Assembly (NCBI GenBank): GCA_028023455.1
Contig: JAQFVV010000001.1
Location: 13,764,001 to 13,828,000, forward strand
Source of the DNA: Epiperipatus broadwayi
Taxonomy: Eukaryota; Animalia; Onychophora
Direction: 5' to 3'
DNA: 64,000 nt
In this document: piece after piece, positions 51,115 to 64,000 of the stretch
Layout: every line of letters starts with the position of its first letter
How positions within the stretch are numbered: the first letter of the stretch is position 1
Made by a program: the position numbers and the translations under genes
Notes under the pieces: model-generated
Told to the model about the DNA's origin: nothing
Database searches by the model: none
The model's input: the letters and a program-made list of their open reading frames with translations, nothing else

Positions 51115-53932
51115 CAGCATTTCTTAAACTGTGGGTTGGGGTCACAAAGCGAAATGTTGGGGTCATAAAAACTTAATTCAGATACATGAATTTAAAGAAA
51201 TATTAGTCGTAATCTTTTCATTGTCTTTAATTTAATATATTATGTTTTTTGTACAGTGCATTTACAAAATCGTAATGATGGCCAAGTTGAGCTGTAAATT
51301 ATATTTACATATTGAAAAATAATACTAAATGCATCATAATAGTGGTGTTGCGTTGCAATTTCAGCATATAAGTTATTTCAGAATCAAAATATATACTGCT
51401 GTAGTGAGAATAATGTTGCCGCCACTGTGATTATATAATGCATTTCTGGTCAAGTTATTTGTTTCGGTTTCATTTCAACAAATGTCCACATCCCAAGAAC
51501 AATACAATATTGTATTATACTGTTTTACTCGACTAAGATTAATATTTATTTGAATAAATATTTTGAAAGATGTTATTTGTTATATGTAAAACTGCTTGTA
51601 TACTTTTTTTCTCACTTTTTTATTCAAAATTCATCATCCTATTAGTTATTACAAAAATTTATTTTTTATTTGAAACTTATTGTCATTTATTTATTAACAA
51701 ATAAAAATATATTCCTATTTTTTAAACTTAACAGGAAATTTATAATTGATTTATTGATATTTTTTAAATATTAAAAAATAGAACATATGGGAGTAAATAT
51801 GCTTCAGTATAATTAAACAAAAAACATAGCTGCCACTTATCTTATTTATATTTTAGGATAAAAATACTTTTTACTCATGGATAAATGGTTGAACTTGAGT
51901 ACGAAAGGTAATGATGCAGATGGCAATGCTACAAAGTCTCTTTAAGCAGGATCTCATAATCAGAAAGAGACATCTAAGATGTGAAAAAGAAAATATGATG
52001 AGACATTTCTCCAATTTGGCTTTACTTTCAACAACTGTGATAGTAATGAACAACCTCTTTGTTGAATTTGAAATAATATTTTGTCTCTGGAGAGTATGAA
52101 ACCATCAAAATTAAAATGGCATTTTGAATCCAAGCATCTTTCATATGTCAATGAACCAAAAAATATTTCGAACGACTGTTAAAAACTTCAAATAAAGAAA
52201 AACAATATTTTGAGAAATTTTTAACTGTTAATGAAAAATATTTACTCTCATCATGTGAAGTTTCATATCTGATTGCTAAAAATAAAAAGGCCATACACCA
52301 TTGGAGAAGATCTTATATTAGGTGCTATTAAAATGGTAGAAATATTTCACAGAAGTAAATAGGGTGATGAAATTCGGAAAATTCCTTTGTCAAATGACAC
52401 TGTCACTAATAGAATTTCTGAAATTAGCAATGACCAATTTGAGCAATTTATTACTAGATTTAAAGAAAACCCAATATTTACAATTCAGTTGAACGTAACA
52501 ACTGATATTTCAAAAATAGCTCAATTATTAGTGTGTCAGATACATTTACAAAGAAAACATTGAGGAAGAATTGTTATTTTGTCATTCTTTGGAAGAACAT
52601 ACAAGAGGGGAAGACATATATAATAAAGTACACATTTTTAAAACTGAAGGTTTAGAATGGAAAAACTGCTTTGGAGCATACACAGATGGTACAAAAACAA
52701 TGACTGATGAAAATATTGGTTTTAAAGCTTCTAGTAATAATTGTGTAACTTTTACACACTGTCTGATCCATTGAGAGACTCTTGCAGCAAAAAAAATTAT
52801 CAACGGAATTAAACGATGTGCTTCAGGATGCTGTCAAATTTATAAACTTTATTAAAAGCTGTACTCTTATCAGCTGTTTATTTTCAAATCTTTATAAAGA
52901 CATGGACTCTGAATACAAAAATTTATTATTATATGCAGAAGTAAGATGGATGTCAAGAGGGTGAAGTTTAAAAAGATTATTGTTATTAAAATAAGAAATT
53001 ATTGTATTTTTAGCCGAACAAAAATCTGATCTTGCTGCCCTTTTTCAAAGTGACTTATGGCTATGAAAGCTGTGCTATTTGTCTGATATTTTTGAGAAGC
53101 TAAATGATCTTAACTTGTCTCTTCAAGGAAAAAATAGCAATATTTCTACTTTGAATGATAAAATTGAAGGTTTTATTTAAAAGATCAACATTTGGAAGAA
53201 TAGGGTGGAAAATGATTCATTGGAAATGTCTTCCTCTATAGACAATTTTATAATTGAAAAAAATAATTGTAAAACTTTAATTGCAAAAATTATTATAGAT
53301 CACTTAAAAACCCTAGAAACACAGTTTTGCAAATACTTTATATCGAATTTAGATTTCATAAAGTTATCTTGGATTCAAATACCATTTTGGATTGACATTA
53401 ATGAGATTAATCACCTGCCATATAAAGCCCAAGAGGAATTTGCTGAGCTATCGAGTGACAAATTTAAAACTTGACTTTCCACAAAAATCCTTGACTAAAT
53501 TCTGGATCAGAGCTAGAACTGAATTTCCCACAATTTCTGAAATGGCATTAAATGTTCTGCCATTCAGCACCACATACTTATGTGAAATGACTTTTTCAGC
53601 TTTAATGTATATTAAATCCAAATATCGTTCAATGCTGAAAATGTTGAAGATGCTCCACGTCTGGCAGTATCAAATATTTCACCAAGATTTAATTTGTTAT
53701 GCAGCAAAAAACAGGCACATCCGTCTCATTAAAACGTGATTTTCTTTCATTAATTTTTGTATACTTAAAACAAATCCGAAAATGACTTATTTTCATATGT
53801 ATATTGTTTATCAAAAAATAAATTATTTATGGGAATACTTATTTCTATATCTTTTATATTTAATATCTGGGATCGTGAAAAAATCTCCATGATAAAAAGG
53901 GGTCATTAAAGAAAAAAGTTTAAGAAGCACTA
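51115..53932 (+). mobile_element. Full-length hAT DNA transposon (Buster/Charlie group), inactive
   Basis: TIRs CAGCATTTCTTAAACT and AGTTTAAGAAGCACTA; perfect 8-bp TSD ACTTAGAG (51107-51114 and 53933-53940) with central TA. Confidence 0.93.
51877..53715 (+). pseudogene. hAT (ZBED5/SCAND3-like) transposase pseudogene
   Basis: MKPSKLKWHFESKH, TTDISKIAQLLV, YTDGTKTM, FTHCLIH, LLYAEVRWMSRG and LPFSTTYLCEMTFSAL, broken by stops and frameshifts. Confidence 0.9.
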
Positions 53933-54062
53933 ACTTAGAGAGTAATATACCCCTTCCTCTCCTTTTATATTCTATCTTTAAAATACAATTGTTTCATTTT
54001 ACTTTAAAAGCAAAATTTATCAATAATATCAAATAAATATACTTTGTTAAATAGAGAAGTAA

Positions 54063-54346
54063 TTGATTTTTTTATTTCATTAAATTGTAAAATATTATAT
54101 ATATGTACTGCACGCACAGATAATGATGCTAATATATATATATAATCAAAAGCAAATATAAAATACTATTTTAGCTAAGCACTTTCGAGAGACTTCTTGC
54201 TTTCACATTCATAACTACTATCAACGCAGTTTCTAACAAGATAGTAGCTAGTCTCGAAAGTGCTTAGCTAAAATAGTATTTTATATTTGCTTTCGATTAT
54301 ATATATATTAGTTTCATTATCTGTGCGTACAGCACATATATATAGT
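54063..54346. mobile_element. Small fold-back PLE-type insertion with ~95-bp inverted arms and 12-bp TSD
   Basis: TSD ATAGAGAAGTAA at 54051-54062 and 54347-54358. Arms ~54096-54195 and 54250-54345. Contains TCTC-GAAA-GTGC-TT-AGC, like the 9411-9430 motif. Confidence 0.75.
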
Positions 54347-54789
54347 ATAGAGAAGTAAGTTAAAACTTTATTTTTACTGAAAAAAAAAAAAGATCAAAGG
54401 TCAGTGGAAACATAATGCTTATATTAACTGGGATTATTAATTTGCAGTTTACTCAAATTTGTTCTTTAATTTTATTTTAAAAGATATATCTATATTGATC
54501 ATGTCCTATAAAATGTTGATATATATATATATTATAAAATATGTGTTCAAGATTATATAAAAATGTTACTTTAGTCAATTTTTATTTCTTGTTAAAATAA
54601 TGAAGTCTTGTGATTATGAAAATTTAACAGGCCCATATTTTTCCCCAGATGGTAAAAGATAATCTTTCTTCATTTTTTTTTTTTATTCTTTTAAATTTCT
54701 ATTTCAAGTGGCCCAATTTAATCTACCTTTTTGGATAAAATATTGTATACTTATATTGTTTTATTTATCCCTAATTAATTCATTATCAT

Positions 54790-57430
54790 TTTTAAACATT
54801 AGTAATTCTCTGCAGAATGAAGATCTCAATTTTAATTCAGTTTCTCTAATTACTAACCTTTCTTCTCCACAACATCCTATACAATTTTCTTATCATTTAT
54901 CCATTTTACATAGACTTTTTCGTCCTTTACAATCTATTGTATCCAGTTTAAAACTTTTTCCATTATTATTATCTCTTCAAGCAATATGTCCATCCTATCT
55001 CCATTTCAATCTCTTAGTTCTTTCAATGACATTGATGAAAACAGTTTGTTCTCTCCCCCATGTATTTCATTTTTGATCTCTTGTTACCCCTAACATACAT
55101 CTCTCCATATTTTGTTGAGTGATCTGAATTCTCTTTATTAATATTCTGTTACATGTCCAAGTTTCAGATCCATAAATAAAACAGGTAAAACATCTTTTAA
55201 AAATCTTTTTTTTTTTTTTTTTCAAACATATAAATGTATTTTCTTTAAATATTAAGATATTTCTAGCAAAACTACTCTATCTAAGTTTAATTCTATGATT
55301 AATATTCTCCATTATATTTCCTTCCGTATTAATAATCCTGATCAAATATTTATAGTTGTTAACTTATTATAATTCATGATTATCAGTCTTTGTTTTGTTC
55401 TGAGAAAATCTATTGAGCATTTCTTTAATCTTTTTAGTATTTATTTTTAGTCCTACTTTATTACTTTTATCTGATAACTCTAAATCATTATTTGCAAGAC
55501 AACTACTTCATCTATAAAATTTAAATGGCTTAAAAAATATCCATGTATTTTTATTTTCTTTGCTTTCCATTTTCTTTTTGTAAAATTGCTGTAAAAATCT
55601 TTGTAGATATGGAATCATCCTATCTTATAACTTTATCAATGTTAATCTTTTTATTGATATTGCATAATCTAATCACAACTATTATGTTTTGATAAATATT
55701 TTTCTGAATATGACAGAATCCTTAATCTAATACTTTGATAACCCAAAACTTTAATCCTTGTGGAAATGCTTATAAAATCAAATGCTTTTCATAGTCTATA
55801 ACTCCAAAACATAATGGAAACTTATATTCATTAGTTTTTTCTATAACTTCTGTTAATTCTTCGATTGCCATTCATTGTGCTAAAAACATTTTAAAGTTAG
55901 TTTATTGATGTGGTTTTTTTCTTTTGATTAATTTGAATCCAAAGTTCACTGTAGATGAGTTATAATTATTGTGCTAAAGATTTTGTATAATAATGAGAAG
56001 TCTGAATTTGGAATATCTTCTTTATCATCTTCTTAAATATCAACATCGCTACTACATTTTTTCATTCATCTTGTACATTTTTATCATTTAGACATTTGAT
56101 ATATAATATTTGCTAAAAAAAATTTCCATCTGCTTTTTTTAAGATATCAATAAAAATTCTAAGCTTTTTTTTCTCCATAGATTCAATTGCATGTCTTACT
56201 TCTATATTAATAAATGATTGGGAATTCAGAAACTATAGTAGTTATAGTGGTTATTTTGTTTTCTTGTTCATTATTACTATAGAATTCTTTGTAGAACTCT
56301 TATATACATTTTCAACTTGTAATTTTTTTCCTTTTTTTTTTTTTTTTAGTACCATTTTCTTATTGCTGAAATAACTTTTCTACTGCTAAAAAGTTATGTT
56401 ATTTTTAATTTTTCTATTCTTTTTTAAAAAATAGCTTTCCTTCCAATTTCTTAGCCATATTTTTTTATAACTTTTTATTGTACTATTTTATAGAATTTTA
56501 GATATTCAATTTCTTTTTTTTACATACATTATCTTGTCTGAATTGAAATTTTATGGTCAATTACTGCTTTTTTGTATTAGTTATCTTTTTAACTCAGTTT
56601 AAGTCTGAACCATCATCAAAGTCTGTTTATATTTTTAAATGATTAGTAAAGTTCTGATTTAAATTCATTGAATCTTTTGGAAGTTACGAATTTCAACTGT
56701 TAATGCTGTCTTTCTTAATAGGTTTTGTCTCCAGTTTTGCATTAATACATCTTATATATAATTAGTGATTATTTTCTGTGTTGAATCTATTAAGAACATT
56801 AAAATTTTGAAGTATCTAGTTTTTTTTTAGTCAATATATAATCTTATTCCACTTTACCTTCATTTGGTTGCTTCCACGTCCATTTCTGTCAAGTATTTTT
56901 CTTAGGGAAAAAGATCTTCTTTTTCTGAAAATTCTTAGTGTTCTTTCTCATTTCTGAATATATAATGCAATTGCCCATAGAATTTTTCATCTTTTAGTCA
57001 GTTTGCAATTCCAGCATTAAAGTCTCCCAAGACAATTTTAAATGATGTTTAGTCTGATCAAAAGCATTTTGTATATTTGTATAAAAATTCTCTACTTCTT
57101 CACCAGAATGAAAACTTGTTGATAACTTTCATTAATTTGTATAACTAATTTTTCTCTACAATATATCATCAATTTCAAAAACTGTTCTTCCACTTCTATT
57201 CGTTTGTAATGAATACTACTTAATTTGTGTTTTCAATATTTGTGCCATTGTACATATTTATTTTTCACATCAAATATCTTTTCTCTTCATAAAGTATGAT
57301 AATGATTTAATACTATTCAATTCTTTTTCCAATTTATGCAATTTTTCTTCATTTAAAGTAATCTGGAATTGTGGGTAGCTAAATAAAATCTTCATTAAAT
57401 GACATCCTGGGTTCATGATTAGAAGATTCT
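54790..57430 (-). mobile_element. Decayed near full-length RTE LINE, related to 16282-19464
   Basis: Minus strand ERCMLGVTRDQK..KRLKWR.DGHIA at ~54950-55110 (similar to 19130-19260), with APE-like remnants towards 57000-57400. ORF 54708-55076 is its antisense. Confidence 0.75.
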
Positions 57431-60099
57431 TAATACTCTCTGTCTTTAGTAACTAACTACTGCTGTGGTTCATGACTACTGCCTTATGGAAATAAATACT
57501 ATAGTTTTGTTTTCTCTTTCATAATTGTGAATTTATATATAATAAAGGTCATGCAGACTTACATTCATTCTGATTTCAAAAAGACTTTACTGTTTCAATT
57601 AAAAACTATCAGAAAATTGAGCAGACCATAATGTTTTTTAATCTTAAGTTTAGATATAAAAATCTAGTAAACTTGCTAAGTTAGCTGATATGATGTGTTT
57701 GTATATGAATAATCACATAGTAATAATAGCTGCAATAACAAGAATATGTGAAATTGAATATTAGGAGATCTCAAAGAAGAATCAAAGCCTTGTCTTTGAG
57801 TTTACAATAAAATTGTTTCTGCAGCGAAAAAAAAAAAAAAGAGAGAGTAATTAGATATATGTAATTGTTTTTTATGGTGTTTGCACATGATTTAAATGAA
57901 TTATTTTAAAAACAAAACAGAAGTTTAAAATAGCATTTAAAAAAAATACATTGCTTTGAGTTACATATTTGTTATTTATGACTTATCAATAACTTTATTG
58001 ATATTGTCCTTGCACATTAATAAAATCAATATAGTCTATTTTAATTCCTTGAATTTTTAACCTAAACACAAATAAACCTTCAATAGAAATTAGTGGTATT
58101 TTTCTCATACCTTTTTTTTTAATGTTTCATGGTAAATTTGGATCCTGGAGATATAATCAATCTTTATAATTTATATAAATATTTAGCAGAGACTGTGTAA
58201 GTTAATAAACCAGTAATACTTTAAATTCTTTTTATCACTTTTTTGATATAGTATTATTTTGCTGAACAAAAATAGTATATATATATTTTATTAGTCAAAT
58301 AAATTATTTTAATTGCCAAAAGGATTTTCCTTAGGTGATCTTTTTTAAAAAATTTTATTTGAAATTTCATAAACTATTTATTTCATTTATATAAAATTTT
58401 AACAATTATACAATGAAATAAAAAAAAAACAAATCAACTTTCATTTCAACCATTTTTATTAGTGATTTAGTTCTATATACTTTTTTTAAACCCAGAAATG
58501 ATACTTCCCTTACCAACTCTCAGTTAATGACTTTCCATTAATAGCTTTTTACTATAACAGTTTTGCTTTTAGATTATGCACACATGCACTTTTCAACAAT
58601 ACACACTAATGCTATTAAGTGTCAAATCCTTTTAATAGCATTTGTACATATCTGGTAATTTTTAACATTCAATAAAGTTATTAAATATTATATTTATTTA
58701 AGTAATGTTATAGATGACTATGTATTAGTCTGCATTATAGTGGCATGTTTATTCATGTTTAAAGAGGTTTATTTAAACTTCATTGTAACACTATTTCATA
58801 CTCTGTAGTCAAGTTGCAATCTTTAAGTGTCCATATATATTCAATGGACCATTAGTAAGAATGGATTTCCATTCTTGCTATTAAAAAGGTGAGAAGGTTG
58901 CCTTGACAGCAGTGAGAAATATTGTTTACTATAGTTACTGTGAATGTTTAGGTGTGACTGGTTGGAATTTAATTATATTATATTTAGTAATTTTTTTATA
59001 TTTTTGTAATAACTAAATAACATCTATTAATTTTTTGGTAAAACATTCATAATTAAGGGCTGATGTTAATAGGTGACCATTTTAAAAATAACTGCTGGAT
59101 GCTAAAATATGTATAAGTTTTATTTGAAACAAATTTATTCACAAAAGTTTAATTTATATGTAATTCTAAGCGTAAATCTTTTTCACTTGTTATTAAAGCA
59201 AGATTTACAACTCTTTTTTGTGAAGTATTCATTTGAAATTAAGTAACATTTACTATAGGTGATGGTACGATTTCATTCATAGATGGAATAATATTAGTAC
59301 AATTGGTTTTAAGACAGAGAATTGATTTTTAGAAGTTCAATGTTTCTAAATATACACAATTGTAGTGTAATACATTGCATAATTATTGACACAATTTATA
59401 TAATTTGCTGTTTACTAAACAGGATAGATTTTGGAATGTTTTGGAAACAGTATTTCCTTGCTTGTTTCAAATATATTACTTTAGATTGCAAATTAGAAAT
59501 AATTTAAGTAAACAAGTGTATTTTTATAACTGACATAAACCATGTTTGTTTGCCTCACCAACCATCATGAATGAATAATATGAGAGAAATTTCTAACAGA
59601 GATTAACAAACTTTCTTCTGTGATCACTAAAATGATTAGAAAGTTTGATATTTTTTTTGTATTTCATACTTTTTTTTTATTTTTATAATTCAATTACTTT
59701 GTGGCAACATTATAATTTTTAAATTTATTTGTTGATTTTGTTTATAAATACTTAAATAAAATATAAATTTAATGAAATGTAATTGTGTTAATCAAATAAT
59801 ATTGTAATTTTTGATCTATCCTGCATATTAGTAAAATGTGGATTTACTACTATATATATTCACAAGTGAAAAAAAAAATCTTTAATTCATTTAATGATGA
59901 ATTTTACTTAATGATAGAAAAACCAGTTCCATTATAATATTGGGAGGCATTTATTTTCGTAGATTATTTCGAATTTTTAAATCATTTGTTTTATTTTTAT
60001 ATTAGATTGTGATTTAAAAAGGCAAAATCATATACTATATGTTTAAAATCTTTTTATTTCTTTAATTTATTAATTCTTAAATTAAAATCTTAATTGTTT

Positions 60100-61400
60100 T
60101 TTAACTACATAATGTTTTTGTCATAATGTAGACTTATCAGAACTTTTTTAAAATCTTCATCATAAAAACATCACAAATATTCATATTCATTTTTTCTAAT
60201 ATAATGATTCAGTTTTCTCTTTTCTCTTTATTATAAGATTGAATAATCAGTATTACCAGATGGTAGTGCAATTTAATCTAATCAGACAGTTTTTTTAATT
60301 TTGTCTTTATTATGAGAACTTGAAGTTTAAAAATAGAATCCTTGTAGTTAGCACTCAGCAATCACCTTTAACTCTTTGTTATAAAACTAGCAGCTTGAAA
60401 TTAAAAAGAATCTGGTTTTGAACCAAGTAAAAGCTTTTTGTATAGTTATAAAGATGGACACTGGGTTAATAATTATATATTTTAAGATGCTCGATTCTAT
60501 TCTAATTGTAGACTTCTTTATTTCTTGGCTAGAAATGTTAATAGAAACAATATTTCTTGATTCTTCCAGTTTACTGCAAGAATAAGAACTTTTTTTTTTC
60601 TTTTCTCATCAGGGTACCACAAATTAGTATAATTTAATCCTTTTTCAATTTCATGGGCTGGTTTTTGGCTTTTTACCTTATAATACATAGCATTAGAATA
60701 AAAAAAGGTCCTTTTATTTACAGTAGTAAGGTGAATGAATCAAGTAATACTGTAATGGTATTAAATTTAAATATTGATGATTTTCTTTATTTTAAAATTC
60801 TGTGAATTTAGTTTTATTCCTTCTTCAATGCTAATTTCATTTAGAAAATTAAAGCTTTCAAATTTGTGGAGTTCTTTTAGTAATTAGTAAGTTCTATATC
60901 ATATGTATAATAAGCCTTGACTATCAATATTAAAACCATTGTTTACTATTACATCTTGTGCAGCAATTTTATTATTTGGCAAAATAAACTTAATTTAATT
61001 TTGATTACCATCAACTTTCTCATAGTGCTTTTCAATTAGTTTTTTCCTGACAAAAGAATTAAAATAAAGATTTTTTTTTTTTGTAAATTCATTTCTTTTC
61101 TTGGATTTTTTTTCTCTTACTTATAATCATATTATACACAAGCATATGGAGTGCCAGTTTTTGAACTGTCATGGTTTATCATTCTTGATTTTTACTATAT
61201 ATGTCATTCCTTAGTAAGTATTTTTCCAATACATATCCAGATTAAGCTTTTTTTTATTTTCACTATTCCTTTTAATCTGGAACCTTTAGGCAGTCCGTTT
61301 CTGAATTAACTATTCAGGATTATTTTCCCTTTAAAGCTGCAAGTTTATATTTAAAATTGAACAGTTTGAAGTTCTCTCTTATTAATTACACATGCAACTA
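60100..61400 (-). mobile_element. Very decayed retroelement RT remnants (class uncertain)
   Basis: Minus strand IQKAF (~60430), RVKGDC (~60360) and RNGLPKGS (~61290) resemble RT motifs; they may come from more than one element. Confidence 0.3.
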
Positions 61401-64000
61401 ATTTGAAGTAATTTTGTATCTGCAACTATATCTATAATATATATATATATATAGTTATTTGTATGTTGGACTATTTTTATCATCTAATTGAATAGTTAAA
61501 TGTTTTTTTAGAAAAATTCAAGTTTTATACATATCTAAATATATTCAATGTAATAATAATGCACAAGTTAATAAAATTCCATCATCTCATACTTGTGTTT
61601 ATAATATTAAATCTTATCTTGATATTTTATCATTGATAGTTTTTTTATAATAATGATCATTTTTCAATTCTTTTGTAAATTTCAGATCACTTATTTAATC
61701 ATTTCTCTTCCAAATCTTGTGTATATTTAATAACATTATATGAAGCCAGATATCTAGATTTTTGTGAACATTAAATATGAAGATGTTATTCACTATCTTG
61801 GTCAACTGTAGATTGGACAATTAAAAAAAAAAAAAATTATCAGTCATGTGTTTTAGGTTATCAGCAATAAAACGGCCCTACCATTTATTTTTGGTCTTAT
61901 GCCCAGAAATTATAGTATGAAATTTGATTTTTGATAACCTGAAAAATTACAATTCAGTATGCATGAAAGTTTTGTTGTACTATTGTTAATTTTTTATTAA
62001 AATCTTGCTGACATATATGAATTGTAGTAATTTTTTATTATCTCCAGCAGAGTTGTTATTATCTTTGAAATGTTGAAAAACTTACCCAATAACTTTTATT
62101 ATATAAAAGGCTTGATACTTGTTCATGTTGATAAGTTGGAGAACAGATTTGTAGCTATGCTACATCATCACTTAAAATATAAAAAAAGTTCAGGTGTCTT
62201 GAGATCTTTTGAGCAGTGAAATGTCCCAGAAGGCATTAGTGTCTTGAGAAATAGATTGTGTGGATAATTCACATCATGCTGGTGTTTCTTTGAAGACTTG
62301 TTGGGCATTAATGAGGTTGAATTCAGATTTTTCCACTGTACCATGTTGTCATTTGAATTACATTAAATTTCAGTCATCATGTGAGAACTTGAAAATTTAC
62401 CCTAATAATAAAAATAAAAAACATAACTTTCATCTTTCATTATTCCACTGCAAGAGAAGACATTATACGCCAAGCCAATCAATTGAACATTTGTTAGAAT
62501 TTTTATGGTTTCTCTTTTTGATTTTACCCTTTAGTTAAGAATAACTAGACATTTATTTGCCAGATAATAAGTGGAAAACTAATTGTGTTAGCTATGATCT
62601 TGCTAGCAAGGTGAAAAAATCCTAAACTTGCTTAGAAGTTATCAACTATCTGAAATAACTTCCAATACGTTAGTTGAATGGGTAATGGTTTTTTTTTTTT
62701 TTGTATATTTACACAGCTAAAAAAATCTGTTTCTTGGTTTGTAGATGATACTTGTTCACATTGTCCATTTTTTGTGCTAAAAGAATATGAATTAAAAATC
62801 AGTTCAGCATGTAAAGATAATATCTTACTCGAAAGTTTCAGTCCATGATACATTAATTATGAAAGTTAAACAAGACTCAGCTTATTTCCTAATTTTTGAA
62901 ATATAAATATATTGACACTGTTTATTTTTTGAGAATAATATGGTTGATCTTCATAAAATTGACATAGTATGCAAAAAAATATGCACATATAAAAAAATGA
63001 AATTATTTAGTGGAATGAAGAATCAATGTGGAAATGAAATAATTCATTATGGCAGTTAAATTTTCTATAATTAGTGAAGGTATGAAAAGAAGACTAGTAT
63101 TAGATTAAACTACATATATAAGGTTTTTAAATAAAAAAATAATTATTATAATTGACCACTATAATTAGAACAGATTTATGAATCAGAACATGTGAACAGT
63201 TGAGAGAAAAAAATAACATTTAAAGATTATGATATCTGGATACACAATGATATTTTAATTTGTTTTTGCTCATCAAATATTCAAAATCTTTGCTTAAATT
63301 TAAACATACTCAATAATATTGTGTGTTTGTGTGTATACATTATGTTTTTAAAAAAGCTAGTATCAGATTCACTCTTATTTTAAATCTGTTTACATGCATT
63401 GGGCAAAAAATCATGCAAGTAGCTCTTATATCTAAATGCCAAACATTATTGTTTATTAATGAAAATTATCAGGCACTCATATTAAAAATTTGTTGATTTA
63501 TTTGAACTATTAAATTTTAACATTCTATCCAGTGTTAAATGAAAAATAATAATATCTAATCTAATTGAGCATGATTAACAATGTCTTATGTTGAAGAGTA
63601 ATTGTTGTGAGTGAGTGCTTATTATGTAGAAATTTTTTATCTTTTTTGCAATCATCTTAAAACACTTTATTCTAAAACTCTTATTTAGAGCAACATCTTA
63701 ATGTTCAGAGCTATTCTATAAACAATTGAAGCATTTCACATCATTAAGACAACTTGTGAAGAAAAGCTCAGATAAGAATTGCATTTCTCCCAGGCTAGAT
63801 TTTCTATTTATTTTCAAACAAGATGAAATTAATCAGACTTGAAATTTTTATTGCCTCTTTTGTTTATAAGCTAATCATTTCAATTTTTGTATGGAATGCT
63901 ATGTGTGTACAAATAATAAATATTTTAAATATTTAAAAGAATTTATAAAATAGTATTTAAAGATAAATAATTTTATAATTACTATAATTAAAGTTTCCTG

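Noticed and set aside
2373-63000. Remaining short ORFs of 60-100 aa rich in F, I, L, K, N and Y
   Set aside because: Composition matches random AT-rich DNA; no motifs or splice support.

Overview
Very AT-rich eukaryotic (probably invertebrate animal) genomic DNA that is mostly intronic or intergenic and full of decayed transposons. There are no prokaryotic-type genes, rRNA, intact tRNA genes or CRISPR arrays. The one clear host coding segment is the first coding exon of an SLC16/monocarboxylate-type MFS transporter (39398-39638, +). I did not recognise its second coding exon, so the remaining ~24 kb is probably intron. Protein-coding TE remnants include: an internally deleted Ty3/Gypsy element with an RTE LINE nested in its 5' LTR; a second RTE; an L2/CR1-like LINE; a full-length dead hAT (Buster) element with TIRs and an 8-bp TSD; and several Penelope-like (PLE) RT/GIY-YIG fragments. 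The main finding is not visible in the ORF track: several families of small, non-coding, Penelope-type retro-insertions carrying Type I hammerhead ribozyme (HHR) motifs with minimal palindromic stem III. Family A forms ~455-nt HHR-to-HHR tandem monomers with no ORF (retrozyme-like). It shows 5' inversions, 11-13 bp TSDs in two copies, a shared 3' end in two copies, and inversion junctions close to the predicted cleavage site. Two copies keep an intact catalytic core (5570-5628 and 48199-48257), and the second probably lies in sense orientation inside the transporter's intron. All structures were folded by eye; activity is untested and novelty versus known repeat libraries is unchecked.
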